DNA from: an uncultured Methylomirabilota bacterium
Lineage (GTDB): Bacteria > Methylomirabilota > Methylomirabilia > Methylomirabilales > 2-02-FULL-66-22
Length of the DNA stretch: 64,000 nucleotides
NCBI GenBank assembly: GCA_963705305.1
Contig: OY970067.1
Span: 2,016,001-2,080,000 of the forward strand
Direction: 5' to 3'
In this document: positions 40,143-50,083 of the stretch, piece after piece
Numbering within the stretch: position 1 is the stretch's first letter
Layout: each line of letters begins with the position of its first letter
Made by a program: the position numbers and the translations under genes
Notes under the pieces: generated by a model
The model's database searches: none
The model's input: the letters and a program-made list of their open reading frames with translations, nothing else
What the model was told of the DNA's origin: nothing

Positions 40143-40276
40143 GGCTGCTGAAAAAGTCCCATCTGCGGCATCTTGCCGTTCGACAGGCCCTTCGACGAGC
40201 TCAGGGCGGTGAGGACAGTCGAACCGCTCACGGTCCCGAGCGACGTCGAGGGACATCTGGGCCTTTTTGAGCAGCC
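40143..40276. mobile_element. 134-bp MITE-like element with internal REP-like sequences
   Basis: Terminal IRs GGCTGCTGAAAAAGTCCCATCTG / GGCTGCTCAAAAAGGCCCAGATG; internal CCCTTCGACGAGCTCAGGG and GTCGAA/GTCGAGGG counterparts. Confidence 0.7.
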
Positions 40277-40476
40277 GGGCCGAGGATGAGCTGTTCCGCG
40301 TCCCGCTTAGCCCTTCGATTCATAGATTCGGCAACGAGTTTATACGCAAAGGGTTTAGCGTTCCGTCCCTAGAGATTGTGAAGGAAATTCACCGCCCCCG
40401 GGGGCGGCCCGAAGCCAACACTCAGAGCCTCCGAACCCCGTTGGCTGTTGCACCTTGGCGTCATGGCGGTTCAAGA

Positions 40477-40665
40477 TTAGTTTCGCATGGCCAAAACTTG
40501 CATCTCGAATTTGGGATCGTGCTCAACCCGAAAGTCCTCGCCGCACTTGCTGCACTTGCCGGCCCAGGACTCATCCTCCTGGCGGGTGAGGATGACGACC
40601 CCGCAGACATGCTTTCTGGGGATGCGGTGGAGGGTAATGGCAACCAGCTGACTTTCCGTGGGCAT
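40477..40665 (-). CDS. Small Zn-finger-like protein
   Basis: GAAAGGG RBS; HVC...CSKCG, 62 aa. Confidence 0.65.
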   Translation of the reverse strand: MPTESQLVAITLHRIPRKHVCGVVILTRQEDESWAGKCSKCGEDFRVEHDPKFEMQVLAMRN

Positions 40666-40913
40666 ACCGGGTCCCTTTCTGCACTTCTCCCGCAAGAAGA
40701 GACCAGACCAGGATGCCACCGAGTGGGCGGGAAGGTCAAGGGAAAGCCGCCTGACATCGGCCGGTTCCTTCAAAGGGGCGAAGAACCGGACCAAAAAAAC
40801 CAGCCCCGCCGGGTGGCAGGGCCGGATCGGCTCGCGGGAAAACCTCCCCCCCTTCTCCCGTCCACCGGCCGGGGGATACCGGGAGGGCCGTCGCAACGAA
40901 AGAAGAGACCGGA

Positions 40914-41072
40914 CTAGGATTTGGCCAGCCGGTACTTCTTGACGTACGCCCAGATCTTTTTCGTCATCTCGCTCGGGCTGATCGGCTTGTCGCCGAAGAC
41001 GGCCTCCACCGTGTCGGTGCGCCCCTTGAAGTTGATGGTGTAGCCGCCGAACGCCGCCTTCTTCGTGGCCAT
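40914..41072 (-). CDS. Small basic protein with half SWIB-like motif
   Basis: GAAGGGG RBS; VFGDKPISPSEMTKKIWAYVKKYRL. Confidence 0.75.
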   Translation of the reverse strand: MATKKAAFGGYTINFKGRTDTVEAVFGDKPISPSEMTKKIWAYVKKYRLAKS

Positions 41073-41444
41073 TCCCCTTCTCCTCTGCGGGCATGCAGCC
41101 TTCGGCAGCCCGCCTGATCGCCTGCCCCCTATCGGGCGACGTTGGAGTAAAAATACCAATACTATATGGGATGTCAACTATTATTTGTCATCGGACCACA
41201 AGATATTGGGTCTGGAATCATTCGCTACGCCAGATTCTGGGTCCCCGCGTCTGTTGGAGTTGACGATCCTTGTGTTCGTATACGGGCGCTCGAGGGTGGA
41301 GATGCGATCGGAGATTGTCAAGCCGACTTGACGATATTTTCTCCTCAACGTATCCTCCTTCTTCCTGGATGAAGGGCACAGCGGCGCCACCGCAGGCGGG
41401 AGTGGAGAGGGAGCGGCCGCGGAAAAGTCCGGCAGAGGGATCCT

Positions 41445-42188
41445 ATGCGCACCTACACCACCGTGATCGTTGACATGTTTGATACGCTGGTCAATTTTGA
41501 GAATCGCCACCTGCCGCAAATCCAAATCGACGGCTCCGAGATTCGGTCCACCAGCCGGTACGTGTACGAGGTGTTGAGACCGCTGTGCGGCCATGTGGAG
41601 TTCCCCGAGTTCGCCCGGGCCTTCGTGGGGAGCTATCAGGATGCGGAGGCGATCCGCTGCCGCGAGCAGCGGGAGGTCACGGCAGTGGAACGGTTCCGCA
41701 TCCTCCTGACGCGTCTCCACATTCCGTGGCGGGATTGCGACGCGCCGCTGATCCGGGCCGGGATCGAAGAGCACATCCGCCTGGTCGGCCGGGCGATCGA
41801 GTTCCCCGAGTCTCACCGCACGACCCTGGAGGCCCTCCATGTCCGATACCGCCTGGGCCTCCTCTCCAACTGCGATCACACCCCCCTCGTGGAGACGGCG
41901 CTGGCCGCTCACGGCATCCGCGGCCGTTTCGACGCCGTGGTGGTCTCCGCGGACGTGGGGTGGGTGAAGCCGCGGCCGGAGATCTTCGCGGAGATCTTTC
42001 GCCGGATGGACATCGGGCCGGCTGAGGCGATCTTCATCGGGGACACGCCGGAGCTGGACATCCTGGGGGCGCACCGGGCCGGGATGGATGTCATCTGGAT
42101 CGATCACGGGACGAAGCCGCTGCCACCGGATGTGCCACCACCGACGCACCGGGTATCCAGCTTTCCGGAAATAGCCCGCCTGCTGTAA
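41445..42188 (+). CDS. HAD family hydrolase
   Basis: DMFDTL, LSN, KPRPEIF, IGDTPELDILGA. Confidence 0.92.
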   Translation: MRTYTTVIVDMFDTLVNFENRHLPQIQIDGSEIRSTSRYVYEVLRPLCGHVEFPEFARAFVGSYQDAEAIRCREQREVTAVERFRILLTRLHIPWRDCDAPLIRAGIEEHIRLVGRAIEFPESHRTTLEALHVRYRLGLLSNCDHTPLVETALAAHGIRGRFDAVVVSADVGWVKPRPEIFAEIFRRMDIGPAEAIFIGDTPELDILGAHRAGMDVIWIDHGTKPLPPDVPPPTHRVSSFPEIARLL

Positions 42189-42272
42189 GAAGGCTATGCG
42201 TAGATGGTCTGCCCACGGGCGGCAGGCCCTCATCCATGACCAGGCTCGGCGTCAATCGAAAGGTATAGCAGC

Positions 42273-42902
42273 GTGAGTCATCGCAGCGGCTCTGACATTC
42301 GTCTGATCATCTGTGACTTCGGGGGGGTTATTTGCAGCTTCGATTACGACCTCTTCTGTGCGCGAATGGCGCAGCGGACTGGGCGGACGCTGCCCGAGAT
42401 CCGCGATGCGGCTTTCGCCGTCGGCTTGCAGCGGGAATTCGAATCCGGCATGCTTTCCGGGCGCGAGTACCATCGCGCGGTGATGGCCGGTCTGGGCCAG
42501 GATATTCCGTACGAAGAGTTCTGCCGGATGTACGGCGACATCTTCACTCCGATCCCTGGGACCGGCGAGTTGCTTCGGAGGCTTCGCGAACGCTACACGC
42601 TGTACCTTCTCTCGGACACGAACGAAATCCACTTCGACTACGTCTGGAAAACCCAGCCGGCTCTCCAGCTCTTTGCAGAGTTCATCCTCTCGTATCGGAT
42701 AGGAGCGATGAAGCCAGATCCGGCCATCTATCGCGAGGCGCTGCGGCGCTCCGGCTTACCCGCCGAGGCCTGCGTGTTCGTGGATGACCGTCCGGCCAAT
42801 GTGGAAGGGGCGGAACGGGCCGGGATCCGCGCTGTGGTGTTCGAGTCGGCCCAGCAGATGGCGAGGAAGCTGTGCCGCGCGGGAGTGGAGCTTCCCGCAT
42901 GA
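42273..42902 (+). CDS. HAD family phosphatase (YihX-like)
   Basis: DFGGVI, LSDTN..H, KPDPAIY, FVDDRPANV. Confidence 0.92.
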   Translation: MSHRSGSDIRLIICDFGGVICSFDYDLFCARMAQRTGRTLPEIRDAAFAVGLQREFESGMLSGREYHRAVMAGLGQDIPYEEFCRMYGDIFTPIPGTGELLRRLRERYTLYLLSDTNEIHFDYVWKTQPALQLFAEFILSYRIGAMKPDPAIYREALRRSGLPAEACVFVDDRPANVEGAERAGIRAVVFESAQQMARKLCRAGVELPA

Positions 42903-43093
42903 CACAGATTGCGCCGGCGAATACGGCCTGCGCATGAAGCCCCCGAAAGACAAGGCGGCTCGCACCAAAACTCACAAGAGCAGGGGCGCCACCGGGCGCG
43001 CCCGCGGGCAGTCGCATCGGGGGCAAACAAAGGGCACGGCCCGCATCCGGTGATGCGGGCCGTGCGGTGATGGGTCTTGCGAGCCCGGGACGG

Positions 43094-43300
43094 CTATGGC
43101 CGGTAGTAAGAGCCCAGGCACAGGGCCACGAATCCAACGAGCCCCACGCACACCTTGCCGAAGTAGAGTGAGGTTCCCGGCTCGACCTTGATCATCCACG
43201 GAATGAGGATCATGGCCGCGCCCAGCACCATTACCACAATGGACTGCATGCGGGTGAGGTGCTTCTTCGGACCAACCCGATTAGTCATCTGCTCAGCCAT
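43094..43300 (-). CDS. Small two-TM membrane protein
   Basis: GGAG RBS, two hydrophobic helices. Confidence 0.65.
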   Translation of the reverse strand: MAEQMTNRVGPKKHLTRMQSIVVMVLGAAMILIPWMIKVEPGTSLYFGKVCVGLVGFVALCLGSYYRP

Positions 43301-44087
43301 TGCGTTTCTCCCGCGGGAGGGCGTCCGCACCCACGCAGACGCCGCCACGCAGCTAAACGTTTCCTGCGGATCGGTTCTGGTGATCAGGAAATCAACAGCG
43401 GACTGGGCTCGTCAGAGGATCGCGAGGTGGTCTGGCGAAGTGAGAGCAGTCGGCGCGGCAGGTTGCGGGAGAGCTGCCGCGCGAGCGGCCGGGATTGGGA
43501 AGTTCTGGCCGGCCGGAGCTGGACCAACCGAGTGATCCGATCGCGCTTTTGCAGAGCGAGGCGGCTCGAAGGCGGCCGCTTCTCGGTGCGGACAGTTGGC
43601 GTGATGGCGAGAACAGCCAGAGGGGCATCCGGGGCTCGCAAGATCACGGACGCACTTGCCTCGTCTGACCAGTCGGGAGAGGTGGCGAGCAAGGGGGCGA
43701 CCAGCGCCAGGCAGAGCACCAGCGTGAGACTGAGATGCAGCGAAAAGGCCTTGCGAAACGTCTGGCACACCACAGCGGTCTTCCTACCAAAGATGGAATC
43801 CCTTATACGCCCCCATCGAGTGGAAGTCAACAGTATCGTCTGATGAACCCAAAGGTTTCGCGAATGGGAGGAAGCTGCCTATGGCGCCAACCAGAAGCCA
43901 ATTGTGGACGAGAAGAATCTTGCTGAGGCACTGGCAGCGGATTGTTCGATACTGTACAAGCACAGTCCGAGATGTCCGATCTCTGCCATTTACGACATCA
44001 CCGCGGACGCCTTGGCAAATCACGTTCCCGCCGCCTAGCACGCCTTGCACCCCTCCGGCTGTTAGCGCCCGGCGCGGGCGGGACCTC

Positions 44088-44116
44088 TTGACAGGTGGGG
44101 GAGTCGGGCATAGCTT
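44088..44116 (+). promoter_or_regulatory. Sigma70-like promoter
   Basis: TTGACA-N17-TAGCTT upstream of the usp gene. Confidence 0.55.
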
Positions 44117-44215
44117 TCCGGGTGAACCCTCCAGTAACATCCGATGCGATGCCATCCGACACGATGAGGGTGTCGAGAGAGCGAGACACAACGGGGGCGA
44201 TAGGAGGGATGGGCC

Positions 44216-44734
44216 ATGCACGCTGCAGCAGAAGCGACCGGAAGCCGGATGTGCTGCCGACGGATTCTCTGGCCGACGGACTTTTCCGAATGCGCCGAAA
44301 AGGCCCTCCCGCATGCCCTCGGGCTGGCGGAGCGCTCTGGTGCGGAACTGCTGATTCTGCACGTCCTGACCCCGGAAGAGTCGGACGTGCATCATGGCAT
44401 CACCGGACGAATCTGGGACCGCCTCGAGCAAGAGAGCCGCGTGCGGGTCGGGGCCGAGCTTAACCGGCTGGCGGAAACAGTGCGGGGCCGCGGGCTGCGA
44501 ATCCGGGAGGTGCTGGCCCAGGGCACCGCCTATCGGGAAATCCTGCGCGCCGCCGGAGACCTGGAATGTGACCTGATTGTCATCGCCACGCACGGTCGTG
44601 CGGGCTTGGCCCGTACGTTCATGGGCAGCGTGACGGAAAAGGTTCTGCGCCTGGCCCCCTGCCCCGTCTTCGTCGTGCGCCCGGAAGGCATGGCGCAAGC
44701 CGCCGAGAACGAGCCGGTGGTGACGACGGGATAA
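44216..44734 (+). CDS. Universal stress protein
   Basis: RILWPTDFS, DLIVIATHGRAGL...GSVTEKVLRLAPCPVFVV. Confidence 0.93.
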   Translation: MHAAAEATGSRMCCRRILWPTDFSECAEKALPHALGLAERSGAELLILHVLTPEESDVHHGITGRIWDRLEQESRVRVGAELNRLAETVRGRGLRIREVLAQGTAYREILRAAGDLECDLIVIATHGRAGLARTFMGSVTEKVLRLAPCPVFVVRPEGMAQAAENEPVVTTG

Positions 44735-44936
44735 GCGGGCCTCCTGCTCTCTTGCCGCGGACCGGAGGGCAGGCCCGCCCTGCCGTCCGGGAACGTCTCC
44801 CGCTTCCTCCTTGACATCCGCCCTGCCGGAGCTTAGCGTTTCTTTCCGGCACATCCAATCACGTTTTTCTGCTTGGGATGGTGCGTCTACCCGGCGCCCG
44901 TCTTGGGGTGGCCGGTCAAAAAAGGAGAGCGCGCAG

Positions 44937-45449
44937 ATGACCGCAGAGGCACCGGACATTCAGGCGATGGCGCAGCGGCTGACTCGCGTGGAGCGGCAGA
45001 ATCGCCGCCTGAAGCGGGCGGGGGCGGTGGTCCTGGCAGGCATTGCCGCCGTGGTGTTGATGGGGCAGGGCAAGGTTGTCAAGATGCCCCAGTGGGTGGA
45101 GGGAGAGCGGTTCGTTCTTCGAGACAGCAATGGGGTCGCTCGGGCCGTCCTCGGATTCGATATCGCCGACACGGTGGCATTGGCGCTTTTGGACAAGAAG
45201 GCGGTGGCCCGAGCGGAGCTGATGGTCCGCGGGGACGGCACCCCGGCGCTTCATCTGCGGGACGAGGAAGGCAAGATCGTGGTTGACGTCAGTGTGGCGG
45301 CTGACGGCGCCCCCCATCTCGCGATGTACGGACCCCGGACCGGGATCGCCGTTCCCGCCGGCCGTGCCGAGCTGGTCATCGAAAAGGACCAGCCGCCGGC
45401 CATCAAGTTCATCAACAAAGACGAGAAGGTCGTCTGGAAGGCGCCGTAG
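44937..45449 (+). CDS. Membrane-anchored hypothetical protein with beta-strand repeats
   Basis: AAGGAG RBS; TTGACA-N17-TAGCGT at 44811; RLTRVERQNRRLK + TM + repeated L.D..G..RA. Confidence 0.8.
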   Translation: MTAEAPDIQAMAQRLTRVERQNRRLKRAGAVVLAGIAAVVLMGQGKVVKMPQWVEGERFVLRDSNGVARAVLGFDIADTVALALLDKKAVARAELMVRGDGTPALHLRDEEGKIVVDVSVAADGAPHLAMYGPRTGIAVPAGRAELVIEKDQPPAIKFINKDEKVVWKAP

Positions 45450-45576
45450 GAGGCACGTGCCGCTGACTCTCGGGCCGCCCAAGGCGCCCTCGACGATCGC
45501 CTGGGGATAGCAGACCTCCAGCCGGTCCGGCGCCACCCGCCTGACGACACCCTGTGCGCCATGCAGAAGAGTTCGC

Positions 45577-45819
45577 TCACCCGGCGATCAGCAGGGCAAG
45601 AAAGGGAACAAGGTTGAAGATCAGGATGGCCAGCTTGAACAATCCCATGCCCGAGTAGTGGACCACAGTGAACGCCTCCCTGGGCATGGGGAACCACCGG
45701 CCGTGAAGCCGATAGATCCAGTCGCCGGCCTGCACGAACATCGCGAACCAGAGCAACAGGACACCGAAGTTGATGATCGTGCACCACATCAGGACGTCAC
45801 GCACTTCCCGCACGCTCAT
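45577..45819 (-). CDS. Small membrane protein (DUF6868-like)
   Basis: WCTIINFGVLLLWF...LHGRWF...HY.GM..FK...FNLVP. Confidence 0.8.
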   Translation of the reverse strand: MSVREVRDVLMWCTIINFGVLLLWFAMFVQAGDWIYRLHGRWFPMPREAFTVVHYSGMGLFKLAILIFNLVPFLALLIAG

Positions 45820-46030
45820 GACGGGCCTCCCGGCTGGCCGTGCCGTCTGGGACCGGGTGGATCCGACCGCAGCGCCACGCCACGCCGGTCATTCTATGCG
45901 GTCCCGGTTCGCGGGGGAAGGGCTTTATGGCAGGGCGGGGGAATGCCCTGGCTGGAATGGGCAAGATGTCAAAGGATCGGAACCGCGTCAGGCCCCTTGG
46001 GGGGTCCAGTGCCTTGAAGCACAGAAGACA

Positions 46031-47090
46031 GGACGTTGCATCCTGTGACTCCTTGTGATACGCTCCCCATACCATGCCCCGCCAAGCGCGCCTCGACGCC
46101 CCCGGGACCCTCCACCACGTAATGGTGCGGGGGATCGAGCGAACGACCCTCTTCCGCGACGACCGGGACCGCGCGGACTTCGTGGGCCGCCTCGCCGCGC
46201 TCGTGGGGGCGACGGGGCTCGCCGTCTACGCCTGGGCGCTCCTCCCCAATCACGCCCACCTGCTTGTCCGGACGGGGGGTCGGCCGCTCCCCCGGGTCAT
46301 GCGCGCGCTCCTCACGGGCTACGCAGGGGCGTTTAACCGCCGCCACCACCGGGTGGGCCACCTGTTCCAGAACCGGTACAAGTCGATTGTGGTGGAAGCG
46401 GAGCCCTACCTGCTGGAGCTCGTCCGCTACCTCCACCTCAACCCCCTCCGGGCGACCGGGGTGCAGACCCTCGCCGCGCTGGATCGCTACCCCTGGACCG
46501 GGCACAGCGCCCTCCTCGGGACCGTGCCGCGCTCCTGGCAGGACACGCGGACGATCCTGGCTCAGTTCGGCCCCACCCCACTCCGCGCGCGCCGGGCCTA
46601 TCGGGCCTTCGTGGCGGCCGGCATCCCCCAGGGGCGGCGGCCCGAGTTCCAGGGGGGCGGCCTCGTGCGCAGCCTGGGGGGCTGGGAGGCGGTCCAGGCA
46701 CTCCGACGGGGCCGCGAGGCCTACGCGGCCGATGAGCGCGTGTTGGGATCGAGCACCTTCGTCGAGACCCTCCGGTGCCAGGCGGCGGCCCCCGCGGGGC
46801 CGGCCTCGCGGGGGCCGATCCTCGGGGCCCTGCTCGCGCACGTTTGTGCGGTGCTCGAGCTCACCCCGGTCCAGCTCGCCGGTGGAGGGCGCGGCCCCAC
46901 CGCCGTCGCGGCGCGGGCAGGCGTCGCCTACCTCTGGGTGGAGGTCCTCGGCCGGCCGGGCCGCCCGCTGGCGCCCTATCTTGGCGTGCAGCCGGCGGCG
47001 ATCCCGAAAGCGGCCCGGCGCGGCGCAGCCACGGCGGGCCGGTGGCGCCGGCTCCTTGATGAGATCCAGGAGTCATAGGATGCAACGTCC
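46031..47090 (+). mobile_element. Y1 (HUH) transposase element bounded by 23-bp terminal inverted repeats
   Basis: GGACGTTGCATCCTGTGACTCCT (46031-46053) vs reverse complement of 47068-47090, 1 mismatch; no target duplication seen. Confidence 0.8.
46074..47078 (+). CDS. RAYT/IS200-like Y1 transposase with C-terminal HTH extension
   Basis: MPRQAR...HHVMVRGI, PNHAHLL (HUH), GHLFQNRYKS, RYLHLNP, YPWTGH. Confidence 0.92.
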   Translation: MPRQARLDAPGTLHHVMVRGIERTTLFRDDRDRADFVGRLAALVGATGLAVYAWALLPNHAHLLVRTGGRPLPRVMRALLTGYAGAFNRRHHRVGHLFQNRYKSIVVEAEPYLLELVRYLHLNPLRATGVQTLAALDRYPWTGHSALLGTVPRSWQDTRTILAQFGPTPLRARRAYRAFVAAGIPQGRRPEFQGGGLVRSLGGWEAVQALRRGREAYAADERVLGSSTFVETLRCQAAAPAGPASRGPILGALLAHVCAVLELTPVQLAGGGRGPTAVAARAGVAYLWVEVLGRPGRPLAPYLGVQPAAIPKAARRGAATAGRWRRLLDEIQES

Positions 47091-47137
47091 CCAATCGCGA
47101 ATCCATCCAATTACCCTTGCGAATTACAGTGCCTCGC

Positions 47138-48460
47138 TCATCCGCGGCCTGTATGGGAAAAGCGGGCGCGGCTCCGCGCCCACTCCAGGTCCGGCAGCCA
47201 GCCAGCCAAGAGCCCGATCGCAGGGAGAAACGCGCAGACGTGATACACGAACCTGATGCTCGTCGCGTCGGCCAGGTTGCCCAGGACGGCGGCAGCGAGG
47301 CCGCCGACGCCGAAAGCGAACCCAAAGAAGAGGCCGGCCATAAGGCCCACTTTGCTCGGGATCAGTTCCTGTGCATACACCAGAATCGCCGGGAAGGCGG
47401 ACGCCAAGATGAGGCCAATCAGGACCGTGAGCGGCCCCGTCCAAACCAGCGAGGCGTGGGGCAAGAGGAGCGTGAAGGGGAGCACGCCCAGGATCGAACC
47501 CCAGATCACATATTTGCGCCCGATGCGGTCCCCGAGCGGACCGCCGATGAGCGTGCCGACCGCCACGGCGCTCAGGAAGACGAATAAATGCAGTTGCGCG
47601 TTGCGCACCGACACGTGGAACGTGCTGATCAGGTAAAAGATGTAATAACTGGTCAAGCTGGCCAGATAGACGTATTTCGAGAAGATGAGCGCCAGCAACA
47701 CCGCGATGGTGCGGGCGACTCTCGGGGGCGAGATCATCGGGTGTTCCGGATCCTGGGGCAAGCGCCTAGAGGCCGGCCGAGCGGCATTCCGTTTGGACCA
47801 CGCCCCGATTTTCGCCAGCACAAGTATTGCGAGGAGGGCAGCCAGAGAAAACCAGGCCAGGCTGGCCTGCCCTCGTGGGAGGACGATGAAAGCAGCCAGT
47901 ACCGGCCCCAGGGCCTGCCCCACGTTCCCGCCGACCTGAAACAACGATTGCGCGAGGCCGAGCTGGCCCCCCGAAGCCTGCCGCGCCACCCGCGACGATT
48001 CCGGATGGAACACGGAGGAACCCATGCCGACCAAGGCGACAGCCAGGAGCAGCGCCCCATACGTGGGGGCCCGGGCAAGCAGGAGAAGGCCCGCCAGCGT
48101 ACACCCCATGCCGCAGGTCAGTGAAAACGGCATGGGCCGGCGGTCGGCCGCAAGCCCGACCAGGGGCTGCAGCAGGGAGGCGGTCAATTGCACCGTGAGC
48201 GTGATCAAGCCCACCTGCCCAAAGGTGAGGTGAAACGTACCCTTCAGGATCGGGTAGATGGCCGGGATCAGAGACTGGACAAGATCGTTCAGAAAATGGC
48301 ACACGCTGACGGCTGCCAGCACCGGAAGCACGGGAGCACGTAGAGCGATGGCCTTCGCGAACAGGGGGGGGCTTGCGGTAGCGCTTGGCGGCGGGGCGCC
48401 CTTTCGTCGGCTGCTGCCCGTGCCGGCATCGAATCCAAGCTCCAGATCGTCTCCGCTCAT
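47138..48460 (-). CDS. fsr: MFS transporter, Fsr (fosmidomycin resistance) family
   Basis: HFLND, ASLLQP, SVFHPESSR, AQSLFQVGGN, GDRIGRK, YAQEL.P, GLFFG. Confidence 0.9.
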   Translation of the reverse strand: MSGDDLELGFDAGTGSSRRKGAPPPSATASPPLFAKAIALRAPVLPVLAAVSVCHFLNDLVQSLIPAIYPILKGTFHLTFGQVGLITLTVQLTASLLQPLVGLAADRRPMPFSLTCGMGCTLAGLLLLARAPTYGALLLAVALVGMGSSVFHPESSRVARQASGGQLGLAQSLFQVGGNVGQALGPVLAAFIVLPRGQASLAWFSLAALLAILVLAKIGAWSKRNAARPASRRLPQDPEHPMISPPRVARTIAVLLALIFSKYVYLASLTSYYIFYLISTFHVSVRNAQLHLFVFLSAVAVGTLIGGPLGDRIGRKYVIWGSILGVLPFTLLLPHASLVWTGPLTVLIGLILASAFPAILVYAQELIPSKVGLMAGLFFGFAFGVGGLAAAVLGNLADATSIRFVYHVCAFLPAIGLLAGWLPDLEWARSRARFSHTGRG

Positions 48461-48692
48461 CGGACCTTCCTTTAACGGAAGCCCTCACTGTCCCCTGCAG
48501 GGAACCTGTCAAAAATCCGGGGGTGGGTGCCGGTGAGGGGAACTCGTCATAAATTGGAGGGGGGTGTATGGGCTATCACTTCTAACCCAGCTCGATTGCG
48601 AAGGGGGAAAGAGAGAATGGAAAAACACGCACCCCATGAAGAATGACAGGTTGGGATTTTCTAGGGGCATGGCGAGGCATCGGCCGGGCTTC

Positions 48693-49217
48693 CTATTGCA
48701 TGGGATTCTGTTCGAGGTAGGCGTTGATGAACTCGTCCACGTAGGTGTCCACCTGCCCTTGCAGGATGCCCAATCTGTCGCTAGCAGCCACCGCGATGCT
48801 GTGCATTCTCCATGTGGTTGCAGCAGGATGAACAATCTTGGGGTCGCGAAAGAGAGTAACGGGCTGGTTGAATTCAACGGTGATAGCAGCAACGTAAAAG
48901 CCCGCGTCGGTCTTGAGAGCGTGCACATTGACGTACAGGAACGAGGAAGGAGGAACAAGAGGAACGACCGTGATCCCCGCCTGTCGGAGGCGCGATTCTA
49001 CATCTTTCTGGAGTTGGTCTGTCGTGAGTCCATCCTTTTCGGCGTCTGGGTCCATGCGCTCGACCACCACAGTCACAGCCTTGAGTCCCTTGAGGCTGGC
49101 GCGGCTTATGGGGCTATCATCTGCTGCCAACGCCGGGATACTGAGGAGCAGAAGGGCCGTTCCGAGGACAACAGAGCCGCGCAGGACGAAGGCAGTTCTC
49201 CGCATGGCACCTTTCAT
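48693..49217 (-). CDS. Exported hypothetical protein
   Basis: Signal peptide, SLKGLKAVTVVVE...VDEFINAYLEQNP; start may be 49205. Confidence 0.75.
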   Translation of the reverse strand: MKGAMRRTAFVLRGSVVLGTALLLLSIPALAADDSPISRASLKGLKAVTVVVERMDPDAEKDGLTTDQLQKDVESRLRQAGITVVPLVPPSSFLYVNVHALKTDAGFYVAAITVEFNQPVTLFRDPKIVHPAATTWRMHSIAVAASDRLGILQGQVDTYVDEFINAYLEQNPMQ

Positions 49218-49314
49218 TGGGAGAGCGGGGTTTGCGCAGGGAACCTATCACCCTCTCTTGAGCGCGTCAACAGAAGCGGCCTCGTTGTGGCCTCGTTGGC
49301 CTGAAGCTCTTGGC

Positions 49315-49396
49315 GGGAATCCCGGCGACGGCGTAAGTGCCGAAGAACACATGGTGACCCGGCCGGGAGTCGAACCCGGAACACCCGGCTTAAAAG
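49315..49396. repeat. att repeat (distal copy with the 3' 45 nt of tRNA-Lys)
   Basis: Identical to 63299-63380 except one base. Confidence 0.95.
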
Positions 49397-49527
49397 TGCC
49401 ATCCGGGGGAGAATCGCCAGAGAGTGACCGCGCGTGATAATGTGCGATGGAGCAGGCAATGTCAAGAGGTTAGAGCGGGAGTGCAGGCGGATTGAGTTTG
49501 ACTGACAACGCTGGAGTCTGACGGAAA

Positions 49528-49562
49528 ACCGGCACTGGAACCGGCACCCAGACCGGCACCAG
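49528..49562. repeat. Putative integrase arm-type sites (ACCGGCAC x3, 12-bp period)
   Basis: CGGCACCCAGACCGGCACCAG recurs at 63268-63288 inside the other end. Confidence 0.7.
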
Positions 49563-49678
49563 ATTTTCGGGTGAGAGAGGGACACAAGACCCTCTCGGGA
49601 ATGAGCAGAGAGATTCATTGCGTGTGGCTGGTGATTACAGTTGACCAATCGAGAATGAACGGGTAGCATTAGTTTCTA

Positions 49679-50020
49679 ATGGTTACGGACGATAGCAAGC
49701 GAGCATTCACGGCTCACGTCGGGCGGTGGCGGAATCGGGAGAAGCGCCCCGAGGACGTGCAGATTTTCTGGACTAAGACGGCCTTGGAACATCCAGACCT
49801 TTTCGGCCCGACCATGTTTGTCTGGGAAGGACCGGCGGCGGAGCGTGCGAAGCTCCATGACCTGCCCCACGCGATGCAGCAACGTGCGCAGGAGATCCTG
49901 GCTCGGGCAACCCGCAAGCTGTTCGCCTGGTTCAAGAGTCGAGAGGAGAAGTCCGAAGAGTCTTGCGCACAAACCCAGGAGCGGCCGGAAGACTCGATCG
50001 TTGAGTTGACAATCGAATAA
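49679..50020 (+). CDS. Hypothetical protein
   Basis: 113-aa ORF in the regulator position upstream of xis; no motif recognised. Confidence 0.45.
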   Translation: MVTDDSKRAFTAHVGRWRNREKRPEDVQIFWTKTALEHPDLFGPTMFVWEGPAAERAKLHDLPHAMQQRAQEILARATRKLFAWFKSREEKSEESCAQTQERPEDSIVELTIE

Positions 50021-50083
50021 CCCGAAAAGCACGCAAGCCTGAGCCTGCGTGAGGCCGTCACCCGGACGGCGGGTAGCAGTCGG

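Noticed and set aside
42934..43053. 39-aa very basic ORF MKPPKDKAARTK...
   Set aside because: No RBS or other support visible
43384..43830. 148-aa ORF with a hydrophobic stretch
   Set aside because: No clear start/RBS or family motif; possible but unsupported
49352..49396. Second tRNA-Lys
   Set aside because: Only the 3' 45 nt are present; it is the att duplication
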